Origin: Gemmatimonadota bacterium
Lineage (GTDB): Bacteria > Latescibacterota > UBA2968 > UBA8231
Reading direction: 5' to 3'
Length of the DNA: 64,000 bases
Assembly (NCBI GenBank): GCA_038153405.1
Contig: JAYOYH010000006.1
Location: forward strand, 70,911 to 134,910
The notes under the pieces: model-generated
Told to the model about the DNA's origin: nothing
The model's input: the letters and a program-made list of their open reading frames with translations, nothing else
The model's database searches: none
Position numbers and translations under genes: made by a program
Part shown: piece after piece, positions 1 through 9,831 of the stretch
How the letters are laid out: each line of letters starts with the position of its first letter
Numbering within the stretch: the stretch's first letter is position 1

Positions 1-155
1 TCGTAGGAAAAGAACAGCTGTAGGCTAAGCGCGCTGGCCGCCAGTCCGCTCAGCGCGCACAGCCAGCGAATGGCCGATACCGCGCGCGCCGGCACGAGCA
101 GCAAGATACAGAGCGTGAGCGTGGGAACGAGAAGTATGTAGCTCAGAAGCGGCAT
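1..155 (-). CDS. nuoM: NADH-quinone oxidoreductase-like subunit M, N-terminal part (runs off window)
   Basis: Manual translation from ATG at 155: MPLLSYILLVPTLTLCILLLVPARAVSAIRWLCALSGLAASALSLQLFFSY; GAAAGGA RBS upstream; directly follows nuoL. Confidence 0.8.
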   Translation of the reverse strand, partial: MPLLSYILLVPTLTLCILLLVPARAVSAIRWLCALSGLAASALSLQLFFSY

Positions 156-167
156 ATCGATCCTTTC

Positions 168-2000
168 TCAGCGCAGTCCAATATAGAGCGCGGCCAATCC
201 CACCAGCACAATCGTCGCCCCGGCGTAGAATTGCAACCAGCCGTTTTGCAGGCGCGAGGCGCTGCCGCCGGCGCGGACGGTGCCGTGCCCCACTTGATCA
301 AAGCCGTCGTCAAAAAGGCGCGACTCAACGGCAAAGAACAGGGCCGAGAGCGCGTCGTTAAGCCGGACGAAGACCGCGCGGTAGATCTCATCGATATACC
401 AGCGATTGACAAAGAGCGTTTGCAGGGCGGGCACGGCGGCGATGAAGCCGCGCCGCGCCGCGCCTTTGCGCCCGAAGTCGAGATAGGCGATGGCGATGCC
501 GAAGAGCACCACGCCGATGGCCGGCAACATAGAATTCAGATCGTGATGTGCTGGCGCAGCGCCCAGCTGCGCGGCGATGGATGCGCCGTAAAAGCCGAGC
601 ACGACGGCACCGGCAGCCAGCAAGACAATGGGCGCCATCATAACGGCGGGCTGGGCCGGACCGTGGTGATGGTCGCCGTGTGCCTCTTCGAGTTTGTCGG
701 GCAGGACGATCAGGAACAGCATGCGCGCGGTGTAATAGGCTGTCAGAAAGGCGGCCAACAGGGCGGCGATGGAAAAAAGCGTAGCACCGTCGTGACCCAG
801 CGCGGCGAAGATCTCCTCTTTGGAGAAAAAGCCGGCCAGCGGGGGAACGCCGGCTAGTGCGCCGGCGCCAACGGCTAGGGCCAGCGTCGTCAGGCCGAGA
901 GAGCGTCCACCGCGTCGCCCAATTTCCCGCATATCGTTGGTGGCAAAGTGGTGTATGTAGACGCCTGAGCACAGAAAGAGCAGGGCCTTAAAGACAGCGT
1001 GCGTGATCAGGTGGAACACGCCGGCAAAGAGGCTGCCGGCGGCCAGGCCCATGAGCATAAAGCCGAGCTGGCTGATCGACGAGTAGGCCAATACCTTCTT
1101 TATATCGGTGGCTACCATGGCGATAGTTGCCGCGAACAGTGCGGTAAAGGCCGCTATGGCGAGTACGACGTTGAGCGCTGTAGGAGCGGCCACAAAGAGG
1201 GGGTGCAGGCGCGCCATGAGGTAGACACCGGCGGCTACCATCGTCGCCGAGTGCAGCAGCGCGCTGACGGGCGTGGGGCCTTCCATGGCATCGGGCAGCC
1301 AGGTGTGCAGCGGAAACTGGGCACTCTTGCCAACGATGCCCATAAAGATCAGCAGCGTGATGGTGCTGAGTGCTGGCCCAGCCAGTTTTACTAGGCCCGT
1401 CTCCGGATCGAGGAGTGCGGGCAGGTCGAAATTATTGGTCAACGGCAGGATCATCAGGATGCCGATAAAGAGGCCGACATCGCCAATGCGCGTCATGAGA
1501 AAGGCCTTGCGCGCAGCGGCGCTGGCCTCGGGCTTCTCGTACCAGAAGCCAATGAGGAAAAACGACGCGAGGCCAACCAATTCCCAAAAGATGAACGACT
1601 GCAGCAGGTCGACGGCGTAGACAAAGCTGAGCATGGCCCAGGCGAAAAGCGAGAGCATGGCAAAGTATCGCGCGCGGCCCGGATCGTCGGCCATATAGCC
1701 GAGGGAGTAGATCATAACGCAGAGCGTAATAAGCGCTACGGCCACGCCGAACATTAGGCTAATGCCGTCGAGCAAAAAGCCGAACTGCAGGTGAAGTTGT
1801 CCGCTGGAAAACCACGCAAAGCGCAGCGGTTCGGTCGGCCCCTGCAGCAGCAGGCCGGCGCTGCCCAAGAGCGCCAGCACCGCACCGGCGATAGAAACCA
1901 ACTGCGCCAAGCGCGGCTGGCCGTTGAGAAAAATCAGCGCAATAAAAAAAGCAGGCAGCGGCGAGAGGGTGGCCAGGAGGGCGAGTGTGAGCGTATCCAC
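168..2000 (-). CDS. nuoL: NADH-quinone oxidoreductase-like subunit L
   Basis: GKSAQFPLHTWLPDAMEGPTPVSALLHSATMV and DIKKVLAYSSISQLG motifs; many TM helices. Confidence 0.97.
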   Translation of the reverse strand: MDTLTLALLATLSPLPAFFIALIFLNGQPRLAQLVSIAGAVLALLGSAGLLLQGPTEPLRFAWFSSGQLHLQFGFLLDGISLMFGVAVALITLCVMIYSLGYMADDPGRARYFAMLSLFAWAMLSFVYAVDLLQSFIFWELVGLASFFLIGFWYEKPEASAAARKAFLMTRIGDVGLFIGILMILPLTNNFDLPALLDPETGLVKLAGPALSTITLLIFMGIVGKSAQFPLHTWLPDAMEGPTPVSALLHSATMVAAGVYLMARLHPLFVAAPTALNVVLAIAAFTALFAATIAMVATDIKKVLAYSSISQLGFMLMGLAAGSLFAGVFHLITHAVFKALLFLCSGVYIHHFATNDMREIGRRGGRSLGLTTLALAVGAGALAGVPPLAGFFSKEEIFAALGHDGATLFSIAALLAAFLTAYYTARMLFLIVLPDKLEEAHGDHHHGPAQPAVMMAPIVLLAAGAVVLGFYGASIAAQLGAAPAHHDLNSMLPAIGVVLFGIAIAYLDFGRKGAARRGFIAAVPALQTLFVNRWYIDEIYRAVFVRLNDALSALFFAVESRLFDDGFDQVGHGTVRAGGSASRLQNGWLQFYAGATIVLVGLAALYIGLR

Positions 2001-2002
2001 GG

Positions 2003-2308
2003 CTATCCCTTTAGGGTTGTGATGTGTTCGGAGTCAATTTCGCGGCGCTGGCGGTAGAGTCGCAGAATGATCGAAAGAAAGATGGCGACCTCAGCAGCGG
2101 CCAGTCCGATAATGATGAGCACGAAGACCTGGCCGACGGCGGGGTCCTGAACCACGTAGCGATTAAAGGCCATAAAGTTGAGACTGGCTGCATTCATCAT
2201 CAGTTCGACGCCGATGAGCACGGCGATGAGGTTGCGCTGTGAAAGAGCAGCTACCAGTCCGAGCGAAAAGAGCACGAGGCCGAGTACCAGGTAGGATTCG
2301 AGTGTCAT
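2003..2308 (-). CDS. nuoK: NADH-quinone oxidoreductase-like subunit K
   Basis: 101 aa, 3 TM; GVELMMNAA and LAAAEVAI motifs. Confidence 0.96.
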   Translation of the reverse strand: MTLESYLVLGLVLFSLGLVAALSQRNLIAVLIGVELMMNAASLNFMAFNRYVVQDPAVGQVFVLIIIGLAAAEVAIFLSIILRLYRQRREIDSEHITTLKG

Positions 2309-2811
2309 GCGGCCTTTCTCTCTCTGCGCGCGATGAGAATCGCACCGACAATGGCCAATAAGAGCACGACGGAAAGCGTTTCAAAGACGAGGTTATAGGC
2401 GTTTAGCAGCAGGTGGCCAATGCGGCTAATGGCCCAGGCATCAGCGGGCAGCGCACCGGTTGGTATGGGGAATTCCGCACCGCGCATGGCGACGAACATC
2501 GCGGCAAAAAAGAGCGCGCCGGCGAAAACGGCTAGCGCCGACTTGCCCCGGTGGCTCTGCGGCGGCCGCATGGCCATGGAGGTGGACAGCATCATGGCAA
2601 AGACGATAGCCACGGTGATGCCGCCAATGTAGATGAGCAGCTGCATGGCGGCGACAAACGGGCTGCCGAGAAAGAGAAATATGCCGGACAGTCCGAGCAG
2701 AGTGACGCCGAGACCGATGATGGCGTAGAGCACTTGGCCGGCAAAAGCGGCCATTAGGCCGCCGAGAAGCACCAGGCCGACAAATAGATAGAGGACCGCG
2801 TGTTCAACCAT
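2305..2811 (-). CDS. nuoJ: NADH-quinone oxidoreductase-like subunit J
   Basis: Start moved to MVEHAVLYLF (2811, GGAG RBS); FVAAMQLLIYIGGI and FETLSVVLLLAIVGA motifs. Confidence 0.95.
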   Translation of the reverse strand: MVEHAVLYLFVGLVLLGGLMAAFAGQVLYAIIGLGVTLLGLSGIFLFLGSPFVAAMQLLIYIGGITVAIVFAMMLSTSMAMRPPQSHRGKSALAVFAGALFFAAMFVAMRGAEFPIPTGALPADAWAISRIGHLLLNAYNLVFETLSVVLLLAIVGAILIARRERKAA

Positions 2812-3382
2812 CTTGCTCCTCCGCTTTTTGGTCGCCGTCCTCGCTGGAGGATTTTGCTGCGGCCGCCTTTTTACGCGCCTCGACGGCGGCGGCTTTTTCT
2901 GCGGCGGCTTTGGCCTCCGCTTCGCGCAGGCGCTCGATCGTCGCCGCTTCCTTGTCCCGCCAGGGATCGAGCAGGTCGTAGACGAAATCTTTGCGAGAAT
3001 AACCGGTCTCGTCGTAGCTGCGGCTGTAGCCCAGCGTGTCGGTCGGGCATACGTCGAGGCAGAGGCCGCACTCGCTGCACAGCGCAAAGTCGACGGTAAA
3101 TTCGGTGACGCGCTGGCGCTTGAGCCCGTCTGGGCGCCCACCGTCGAGGTGGATGCAAAACGATGGGCATACGCGTTCGCAGGCCTTGCAGGCGATGCAG
3201 TCGTGCGACTGTATATCCTCTTTTTCGATGAGCACGATGACGTTGCGGTAGGCTTCCGTCATCTCCAGGCGCTCTTTGGGATACTCCGATGTGACGGGCG
3301 GCTGGAGAAAATTCTGCACGGTGACTTTCATGCCGACCAGCAGCGAAGCGGCGCCGACGTAGATGTCTCTGAGTAGGGGCAT
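2804..3382 (-). CDS. nuoI: NADH-quinone oxidoreductase-like subunit I (2x[4Fe-4S])
   Basis: CIACKACERVCP and CSECGLCLDVCP; T-x-x-YP N-terminal motif. Confidence 0.95.
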   Translation of the reverse strand: MPLLRDIYVGAASLLVGMKVTVQNFLQPPVTSEYPKERLEMTEAYRNVIVLIEKEDIQSHDCIACKACERVCPSFCIHLDGGRPDGLKRQRVTEFTVDFALCSECGLCLDVCPTDTLGYSRSYDETGYSRKDFVYDLLDPWRDKEAATIERLREAEAKAAAEKAAAVEARKKAAAAKSSSEDGDQKAEEQDG

Positions 3383-3397
3383 TGCGGTCTCTCGTCT

Positions 3398-4375
3398 CTA
3401 AAACAGTTTCATCACGACAGTCGTGAGCAGCAAATTGATGATGGAGAGCGGAACGAGCACAATCCATGCAAAGCTCATGAGCTGATCGAAGCGCAGGCGT
3501 GGAAAGGTCCAGCGGAACCACATCATTAGCACGATCAGCGCATAGACCTTTATGAAAAACCACACAAAGCCGGGAAGAAAAGGACCGCGCCAGCCGCCCA
3601 AAAATAGCACGGTCGCCAGCGCGCACATGATGATCATATTGGAGTATTCGGCAAAGAAGAATAGAGCAAAGCGCATGCCGGAGTACTCGGTGTGGAAACC
3701 GGCGACGAGTTCGGACTCGGCTTCGGGGATGTCGAAGGGTGCGCGATTGGTCTCGGCGGTGGCGGCAATGATAAAGACTATGGCGGCAATGGGCTGGACC
3801 AGCAAAAAGGGATAAGTGGTCTGCGCGGCAGCAATGTCGTAGAGGCTGAGCGAGCCGGTCATGAGCACGATGGGAATGACCGAGAGGATAAGCGGAATCT
3901 CGTAGGAGATATTTTGCGCGACGGACCGCACCGCGCCGAGCAGGGCATACTTGTTATTCGATCCCCAGCCGGCGATAAAGATGCCGACGATATTGATGCT
4001 GCCGATGGCCAACAGCAGTACGAGCGCGGCGTCAAAGTCGTGAAAGACCCACTCGCTCGACAGGGGAAAGAGCGAACACAGAGCGACGACGGGCATAAAG
4101 ACTAGCACCGGCGCAGCCAAGTAGAGCGGCCTGTTTACGTGGTCGGGCGTCAGCAACTCTTTGCTGATGAGCTTGCCCATATCGGCCACCGACTGCAGCA
4201 GGCCAAGCGGCCCGTGTTCCGTGGGGCCGAGGCGGCGTTGGATGCGGGCCGACAGCTTGCGCTCTAGCCAGATGAGCATCATAGCGTTGACCGTCAGGTA
4301 GGCCATGATGATCGCAACGGCGGCGGGAATGGCCAGCCATGAGCTTTCGAGTATTGCAGCTAGGTTTCGTTCCAT
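3398..4375 (-). CDS. nuoH: NADH-quinone oxidoreductase-like subunit H
   Basis: ERKLSARIQRRLGP, AETNRAPFDIPEAESELVAGFHTEYSG, PRLRFDQLM. Confidence 0.97.
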   Translation of the reverse strand: MERNLAAILESSWLAIPAAVAIIMAYLTVNAMMLIWLERKLSARIQRRLGPTEHGPLGLLQSVADMGKLISKELLTPDHVNRPLYLAAPVLVFMPVVALCSLFPLSSEWVFHDFDAALVLLLAIGSINIVGIFIAGWGSNNKYALLGAVRSVAQNISYEIPLILSVIPIVLMTGSLSLYDIAAAQTTYPFLLVQPIAAIVFIIAATAETNRAPFDIPEAESELVAGFHTEYSGMRFALFFFAEYSNMIIMCALATVLFLGGWRGPFLPGFVWFFIKVYALIVLMMWFRWTFPRLRFDQLMSFAWIVLVPLSIINLLLTTVVMKLF

Positions 4376-4378
4376 CTC

Positions 4379-5503
4379 TTACCGGTCGATTTCGGGTACG
4401 ACGATATCGATGCTGCCGAGTATGGCGACCGCGTCGGACAGCATGGTGCCCGGCATCACCTCGCACATGGCGGAAATATTTACAAAAGAGGGCGTCGTCA
4501 GTTTATGGCGCAGCGGCACGTCGGAGCCGTCGCTGACGATGATGTGCTGGTAGCGGCCGCGCGCGGACTCGACGGCGAAGCAGTACTCGCCTGCGGGTGG
4601 GCGCAGGCGCTTGGGCACCTTGGCGGCCATAAACGGCCCGTCGGGTATATCGCGCAGCGCCTGTTCGATCAGGTGCAGACTTTCGCGCATCTCATCCATG
4701 CGGACGAGGCTGCGCGCAAAGCAGTCCCCTTCGCTCCGCGTCGGTACGCTAAACTCGAACTGTGGGTAGATGCCATAGGGCTCTTCTTTGCGCACGTCGC
4801 GGGCGACGCCCATGGCGCGCAGGCAGGGGCCGGAGAGGCCGTATTGCTCGATAATGCGCTCGGGAAATGCACCCACGCTTTGGGTGCGCTCCTGAAAGAT
4901 GACGTTGCCGATGACCAGTTCGTCAAAGAGGGTCAGTCGCTCTCTGAAGTAGGCGACAAAGTCGGCGGTCTGGCGCAAGAAGATGTCGTCGACGTCCATC
5001 ACGACGCCGCCGAAACGACCGTAGCTGTAGGTCAGGCGCGAACCGGTAATGCGGTCGAGGATGTCGAGGATCTTCTCGCGGTCGTCAAAGCCGTATAGAA
5101 AGGGGGTAATGCCGCCCAGATCGAGCAGGTAGGTGCCCAGCCACAGCAGGTGGCTGGAAATGCGGTTGAGCTCTCCGGCGATCATGCGGATGTACTGTGC
5201 GCGTTCGGGCACATCAATTTCGAGCATTTTTTCCACGGCCTGGCAGTAGGCCAGATTGTAGATCATACCCGACAGATAATCGATCCGGCTGGTATTGGGC
5301 AGGAACTGCGTGTAGTCGCGATTCTCGGCCATCTTCTCGTGGGCGCGATGGCCGTAGCCGATGACGGGGTCGACTTCGATGATCGTTTCGCCGTCGAGGT
5401 GCAACACGAGGCGCAGCACGCCGTGCGTCGACGGGTGCTGTGGCCCCATGTTCATGTAGTACGTATCGCGATCTTGGGCGACGAGCTCGATTGTATCAGT
5501 CAC
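4379..5503 (-). CDS. nuoD: NADH-quinone oxidoreductase-like subunit D
   Basis: [25 protein letters not shown]-terminal DIVVPEIDR; no NiFe CxxC motifs. Confidence 0.96.
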   Translation of the reverse strand: MTDTIELVAQDRDTYYMNMGPQHPSTHGVLRLVLHLDGETIIEVDPVIGYGHRAHEKMAENRDYTQFLPNTSRIDYLSGMIYNLAYCQAVEKMLEIDVPERAQYIRMIAGELNRISSHLLWLGTYLLDLGGITPFLYGFDDREKILDILDRITGSRLTYSYGRFGGVVMDVDDIFLRQTADFVAYFRERLTLFDELVIGNVIFQERTQSVGAFPERIIEQYGLSGPCLRAMGVARDVRKEEPYGIYPQFEFSVPTRSEGDCFARSLVRMDEMRESLHLIEQALRDIPDGPFMAAKVPKRLRPPAGEYCFAVESARGRYQHIIVSDGSDVPLRHKLTTPSFVNISAMCEVMPGTMLSDAVAILGSIDIVVPEIDR

Positions 5504-6011
5504 TGGCCATCTCCTCGCGGCGCGGGTCCATATCGGAAAAGTCCTTTAGCAAGGGATGTCCGCTGTAATTGTCGGGCATCAGCAGGCGCCGCAGATCGGG
5601 GTGGCCGGCAAACGAAACGCCGTACATATCGAAGATTTCGCGCTCGTGCCAGTTGGCTCCGGCAAAGACCGCGGCGATGCTCGGTGCGCTGTGGTCGGGA
5701 ACTAGGTCGGCGCAGAGCAGGTGGCGGTCGGGATCGCCGGGGCGATTAAACTGGTAGGCCAGTCGCAGCGCGCCGGTTGGCCGTGCGTCGTCGCTTTCCT
5801 CCTCGCCCTCTTTCTTTTTCCCCTTCACCATATCGCGCGCATCTATGCAGGTCATCATTTCCAGATAGTAGCCGGCAGAGCGGAAGAGCTCGGCGATGGC
5901 CGGCATTAGGGGCAGTTCGGCGCGGTGTCTGTGGTGATATCCGCTGACGGCGTAGTCCGATTCGGTCGACTCGGCAATGCCCTCGTGTTGGCGTAGTGTT
6001 TCGCCGATCAT
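5496..6011 (-). CDS. nuoC: NADH-quinone oxidoreductase-like subunit C
   Basis: [37 protein letters not shown] signature. Confidence 0.95.
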   Translation of the reverse strand: MIGETLRQHEGIAESTESDYAVSGYHHRHRAELPLMPAIAELFRSAGYYLEMMTCIDARDMVKGKKKEGEEESDDARPTGALRLAYQFNRPGDPDRHLLCADLVPDHSAPSIAAVFAGANWHEREIFDMYGVSFAGHPDLRRLLMPDNYSGHPLLKDFSDMDPRREEMASD

Positions 6012-6013
6012 AA

Positions 6014-6544
6014 TTATCCCTTGAAATTCTTTCCGGCTTTGATTTTCTCGCCCAGTTTGAGCAGGGCGGCATAGAGCGCTTCGGGGCGCGGCGGACAGCC
6101 GGGAACGTAGACGTCGACCGGAACGATTCGGTCGGCTCCTTCGACGATGGCATACTGGCCTGGGTATTTGAACGGACCGCCATCAATGGTGCAGCCGCCC
6201 ATGGCAATGGCCCACTTGGGCGAGGGCATCTGATCCCAGAGCATCTTAATGGGGTCGGCCATTTTGCGCGAGATCGTACCGGCCAGGATCATGACGTCGG
6301 CCTGACGCGCGCTGGGGCGGAAGACGCCGGCGCCAATGCGGTCTAGGTCAAAGCGCGCCGCGCCGACAGCCATCATCTCGATGGCGCAGCAGGCCAAGCC
6401 AAAGGTCAGCGGCCACAGCGAACGTGCGCGCGCGTGGTTGAGCAGGTTTTCCAGCGAGTTGATGTGCACCAGAGGGCCGATTTGGCGTAGCAGTTCCTCG
6501 CTCTGTGCGTCGACTTTCTGGGGCGTCGTATCGGCAGGTACCAT
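6014..6544 (-). CDS. nuoB: NADH-quinone oxidoreductase-like subunit B
   Basis: GLACCAIEM and [15 protein letters not shown] (N2 cluster ligands). Confidence 0.97.
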   Translation of the reverse strand: MVPADTTPQKVDAQSEELLRQIGPLVHINSLENLLNHARARSLWPLTFGLACCAIEMMAVGAARFDLDRIGAGVFRPSARQADVMILAGTISRKMADPIKMLWDQMPSPKWAIAMGGCTIDGGPFKYPGQYAIVEGADRIVPVDVYVPGCPPRPEALYAALLKLGEKIKAGKNFKG

Positions 6545-6552
6545 ATAACTCC

Positions 6553-6921
6553 TTATTTCCAGTGCAGAACGCCTTTGCGCCAGGCATAGACGATGGCCAG
6601 CAAGAGGATGCCCACAAAGAGAGACAGCTCAATTAGATCGCGCCATACGTAGTCGCCCCGGTCAAAAACGAGCGCCACGGGCAAAATGTAGAGCACGTCT
6701 ACTTCAAAGGCGACGAAGATCAGTGCGAATAGGTAGTAGGCAATGTCGAAGCGGATCCAGGCGCTGCCGATGGTATCGACGCCGCACTCGTAGACCTCGC
6801 GGGTCTTATCGCCTCGAGAGCGCGGCGAGATAAAGAGCGGTAAGATGACGGGTATAGTGCCCAACACGAGGCCGGCAGCGAGCAGGCCACCAAAGAGCGC
6901 GTAGTTAGAAATGGGTTCCAT
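6553..6921 (-). CDS. nuoA: NADH-quinone oxidoreductase-like subunit A
   Basis: YECG loop, [24 protein letters not shown]. Confidence 0.96.
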   Translation of the reverse strand: MEPISNYALFGGLLAAGLVLGTIPVILPLFISPRSRGDKTREVYECGVDTIGSAWIRFDIAYYLFALIFVAFEVDVLYILPVALVFDRGDYVWRDLIELSLFVGILLLAIVYAWRKGVLHWK

Positions 6922-6952
6922 ATGCTTCTCTCATGTGTGAATGCTGTGCGCC

Positions 6953-6967
6953 GCAACCATAGTGCCC
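6953..6967 (-). promoter_or_regulatory. Putative sigma54 -24/-12 promoter of the nuo-like operon
   Basis: Minus strand GGGCAC-TATGG-TTGC (GG-N10-GC, one mismatch to TGGCAC-N5-TTGC), about 30 bp upstream of the nuoA start. Confidence 0.55.
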
Positions 6968-7172
6968 TGTGTCGTTTTTCCGCGGCACAACGATCTCGTG
7001 TTCTCTGCCAAAGAAAGGCATATTAACTAGGGTGTGGCAAGCCCTTTAACGATTTTGCGCGTGGGGGAATCGTGTCTCGCTGTGGTTTGAATTGGGGTCT
7101 ATTCGTCACAGTGTGCGTGCGAGAGAGGACACCAATTTATCTCTGAGTGCACTCTCGTAATAAAAAATGGAC

Positions 7173-7188
7173 TGGCATGTAGCTTGCA
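7173..7188 (+). promoter_or_regulatory. Putative sigma54 -24/-12 promoter of the sigma factor gene
   Basis: TGGCAT-GTAGC-TTGCA, about 30 bp upstream of ATG 7220. Confidence 0.7.
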
Positions 7189-7219
7189 GGAGGATGTAGG
7201 CGAGAGAGGAGGAATACAC

Positions 7220-8068
7220 ATGATTACTCAAACAAACGCTACAAATACAGCCGATGGTCTGCAGGCCTATTGGCGCGATATCAGCCGCTGCGAGCCGCTG
7301 AGTCGAGTGGAGGAAGCGCAGTTGGTGGAGAGGGCACATGCCGGCGACGACGAGGCGATGCAGGCGTTAGTGTCGGCCAACTTGCGCTTTGTCGTTCGAG
7401 TAGCACGCAATTATGCTCGTTCGGATATGCCGCTAGGTGAACTGATATCGGCGGGTAATTTGGGTCTGATGCGTGCAGTGCGTAATTTTGACGCCACGCG
7501 CGGCTACAAATTTATCACCTATGCCGTGTGGTGGATACGCCAGGCCATATGCAAGGCGATGGACGGTATGGTGCGCGACGTGCGGCGCCCGTCAAACCAG
7601 CTACTCGATATGAAGCACGTCGAGAGCGCGACGCGCAGGCTTGAACAGCAGCTGGGTCGCGTTCCAAGCATCGATGAGCTCGCAAAAGAGACGGGCTATA
7701 TGAGCGACCGGATGCGCAACGCAATTCAGTCGGGCTGGGGTGAAGTGCCACTCGATAATCCCTCAGGGGGCGACCAGCAGGACCCCCAACTCGATCTGCT
7801 ACCCGACCCGAGCGACTCTATTGAAGAAGAGCACGAGCGCCGCGAATTGCACGTGCTCCTGCACGAGTCGATGGCGGCGCTGAGCCCGCGCGAGCGGCGC
7901 GTGTTGGATGCCTATTACGGCCTTGGCGGCGCCGCAGAGATCAGCTTGGAAAGGATCGGAATTAGCCTGGGGCTTACGCGTGAACGGGTTCGTCAAATTC
8001 GCGATCGCGCGTTGCAAAAGATACGCATGCGACAGGGCGCGCGGTTGGTAGAATATTGCCGTAAATAG
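7220..8068 (+). CDS. RNA polymerase sigma70-family factor (RpoD/RpoS-like, lacks region 1.1)
   Basis: LVSANLRFVVRVA, GNLGLMRAVRNFD..RGYKFITYAVWWIRQAI (region 2), SLERIG..LGLTRERVRQI (region 4); AGGAGG RBS before ATG 7220. Confidence 0.93.
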   Translation: MITQTNATNTADGLQAYWRDISRCEPLSRVEEAQLVERAHAGDDEAMQALVSANLRFVVRVARNYARSDMPLGELISAGNLGLMRAVRNFDATRGYKFITYAVWWIRQAICKAMDGMVRDVRRPSNQLLDMKHVESATRRLEQQLGRVPSIDELAKETGYMSDRMRNAIQSGWGEVPLDNPSGGDQQDPQLDLLPDPSDSIEEEHERRELHVLLHESMAALSPRERRVLDAYYGLGGAAEISLERIGISLGLTRERVRQIRDRALQKIRMRQGARLVEYCRK

Positions 8069-8084
8069 AGGGAATGGGCGATTC

Positions 8085-8113
8085 TTGTCGCACCTGTAGA
8101 AATACAATATACT
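8085..8113 (+). promoter_or_regulatory. Putative sigma70 promoter of pckA
   Basis: TTGTCG-N17-TATACT. Confidence 0.55.
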
Positions 8114-8177
8114 ATGCTCACGCGGCGGGAGAGCTGTCCTCCCGCCGTTTTCCGTTCAGCATTCGAAGAGAGAAGCG

Positions 8178-9761
8178 ATGGAAGAGTGCATAGATCTCAG
8201 CGAACATCAGATATATGTAGAGCGCGCGTGGCGGAATATCGCACCGGCCAAGCTCTACGAAGAAGGGCTGCGCTATGAGAGGGGGTCGGCCATTTCCAAT
8301 GCCGGCGCTCTCGTAGTGTCTTCCGGCGCTAAAACTGGCCGCAGTCCCGGAGATAAGCGCATTGTCGACCATCCCGATACCAGTGGAGATATTTGGTGGG
8401 GATCGGTCAACATCAAGCTGCAAGAGCACACGTTCAGGATTAATCACGAGCGCGCGATAGATTACCTCAACACCTGTGAGCGCCTCTATGTGGTGGACGG
8501 CTTTGCCGGCTGGGATCCCAAGTATCGCCTGAAGATACGCATCGTCTGTTCGAGAGCCTACCACGCCCTCTTTATGCACAATATGCTCATTCGTCCGACG
8601 CCCGATGAACTGGCCGATTTTGGCGAGCCGGACTTCATCATCTACAATGCCGGGCGTTTTCCGGCTAATCGCTATACTTCGGAAATGACGTCAACGACGA
8701 GTATTGACCTGAGCTTTGAGCGCCGCGAAATGGTCATTCTCGGCACGGAGTACGCCGGGGAAATGAAGAAGGGCATCTTCACGGTGATGAACTACCTGAT
8801 GCCCAAGCGCGGGCAGCTTTCCATGCACTGCTCGGCCAATCGCAGCGCAGCGGGCGACGTGGCGCTCTTTTTCGGCCTGTCGGGCACGGGCAAGACCACC
8901 CTATCGGCCGACCCGCGTCGCCAGCTAATTGGCGATGACGAACACGTGTGGAGCGATGAGGGCATCTTCAATATAGAAGGTGGGTGCTACGCCAAATGCA
9001 TTGACCTGTCTGCGCAGAAAGAGCCCGAAATCTATCAGGCCATTCGCTTTGGCTCGGTGCTAGAAAACGTCGTCTACGATGAGCAGTCGCGATCCGTCGA
9101 CTATGCCGATGGATCGCTGACGGAGAATACGCGTGCGGCATATCCCATAGACTATATCCCCAATGCGGCCATTCCCTGCGTCGGCGAACATCCGCGCAAT
9201 ATCATTTTTCTCACCTGCGATGCCTTTGGCGTGCTGCCGCCGGTAAGCCGCCTGAGTGCAGCGCAGGCGATGTATCACTTTATCAGCGGCTATACCGCGA
9301 AAGTCGCCGGCACGGAGATGGGCGTTACCGAACCTGAGGCGACGTTTTCGGCCTGCTTTGGCGCCGCCTTTATGGTGTGGCATCCAAGCGTGTACGCCGA
9401 GCTTTTGGCAGAGAAGATTCGCCGACACGAGGTGCGCGTTTGGATGGTCAATACGGGCTGGACGGCAGGTGGCTACGGCGTTGGGCAGCGCATTGCACTA
9501 GCGCACACGCGCGCCATTATCGATGCCATTCACGACGGCGCGCTCGACGGCGCCGAGACCGCGCGCGATGCGCGCTTTGGCTTTGAGGTCATTGCCGCGT
9601 GCCCGGGGGTTCCATCGCAGGTGCTCGTGCCGCACGCGGCGTGGTCCGATCGTTCGGCCTACGAAGAGAAAGCTGCTCAGCTGGCGGCTCTGTTCAAGAA
9701 AAACTTCGAAAAATTCGCCGCGCAAACCGGTGGGGATATCGCGGAGGCCGGGCCGGTGTAG
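8178..9761 (+). CDS. pckA: Phosphoenolpyruvate carboxykinase (ATP)
   Basis: [38 protein letters not shown]. Confidence 0.97.
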   Translation: MEECIDLSEHQIYVERAWRNIAPAKLYEEGLRYERGSAISNAGALVVSSGAKTGRSPGDKRIVDHPDTSGDIWWGSVNIKLQEHTFRINHERAIDYLNTCERLYVVDGFAGWDPKYRLKIRIVCSRAYHALFMHNMLIRPTPDELADFGEPDFIIYNAGRFPANRYTSEMTSTTSIDLSFERREMVILGTEYAGEMKKGIFTVMNYLMPKRGQLSMHCSANRSAAGDVALFFGLSGTGKTTLSADPRRQLIGDDEHVWSDEGIFNIEGGCYAKCIDLSAQKEPEIYQAIRFGSVLENVVYDEQSRSVDYADGSLTENTRAAYPIDYIPNAAIPCVGEHPRNIIFLTCDAFGVLPPVSRLSAAQAMYHFISGYTAKVAGTEMGVTEPEATFSACFGAAFMVWHPSVYAELLAEKIRRHEVRVWMVNTGWTAGGYGVGQRIALAHTRAIIDAIHDGALDGAETARDARFGFEVIAACPGVPSQVLVPHAAWSDRSAYEEKAAQLAALFKKNFEKFAAQTGGDIAEAGPV

Positions 9762-9783
9762 CGGCGCGGCGAATGCGCAATGC

Positions 9784-9825
9784 AAAGAGGGGTTCGGCCT
9801 GCACCTGCGCCGAACCCCTCTTTTT
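9784..9825. terminator. Bidirectional rho-independent terminator
   Basis: AAAGAGGGGTTCGGC...GCCGAACCCCTCTTTTT between convergent genes. Confidence 0.85.
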
Positions 9826-9831
9826 GTCAGT

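Noticed and set aside
2812..3141. N-terminal extension of the 278-aa ORF (nuoJ)
   Set aside because: It overlaps nuoI out of frame; the true start is ATG 2811 with an RBS.
4379..5503. Group 4 NiFe hydrogenase large subunit
   Set aside because: No RxCGxC or DPCxxC motifs; it has the NuoD quinone-site residues (HPSTHG, RIDY).
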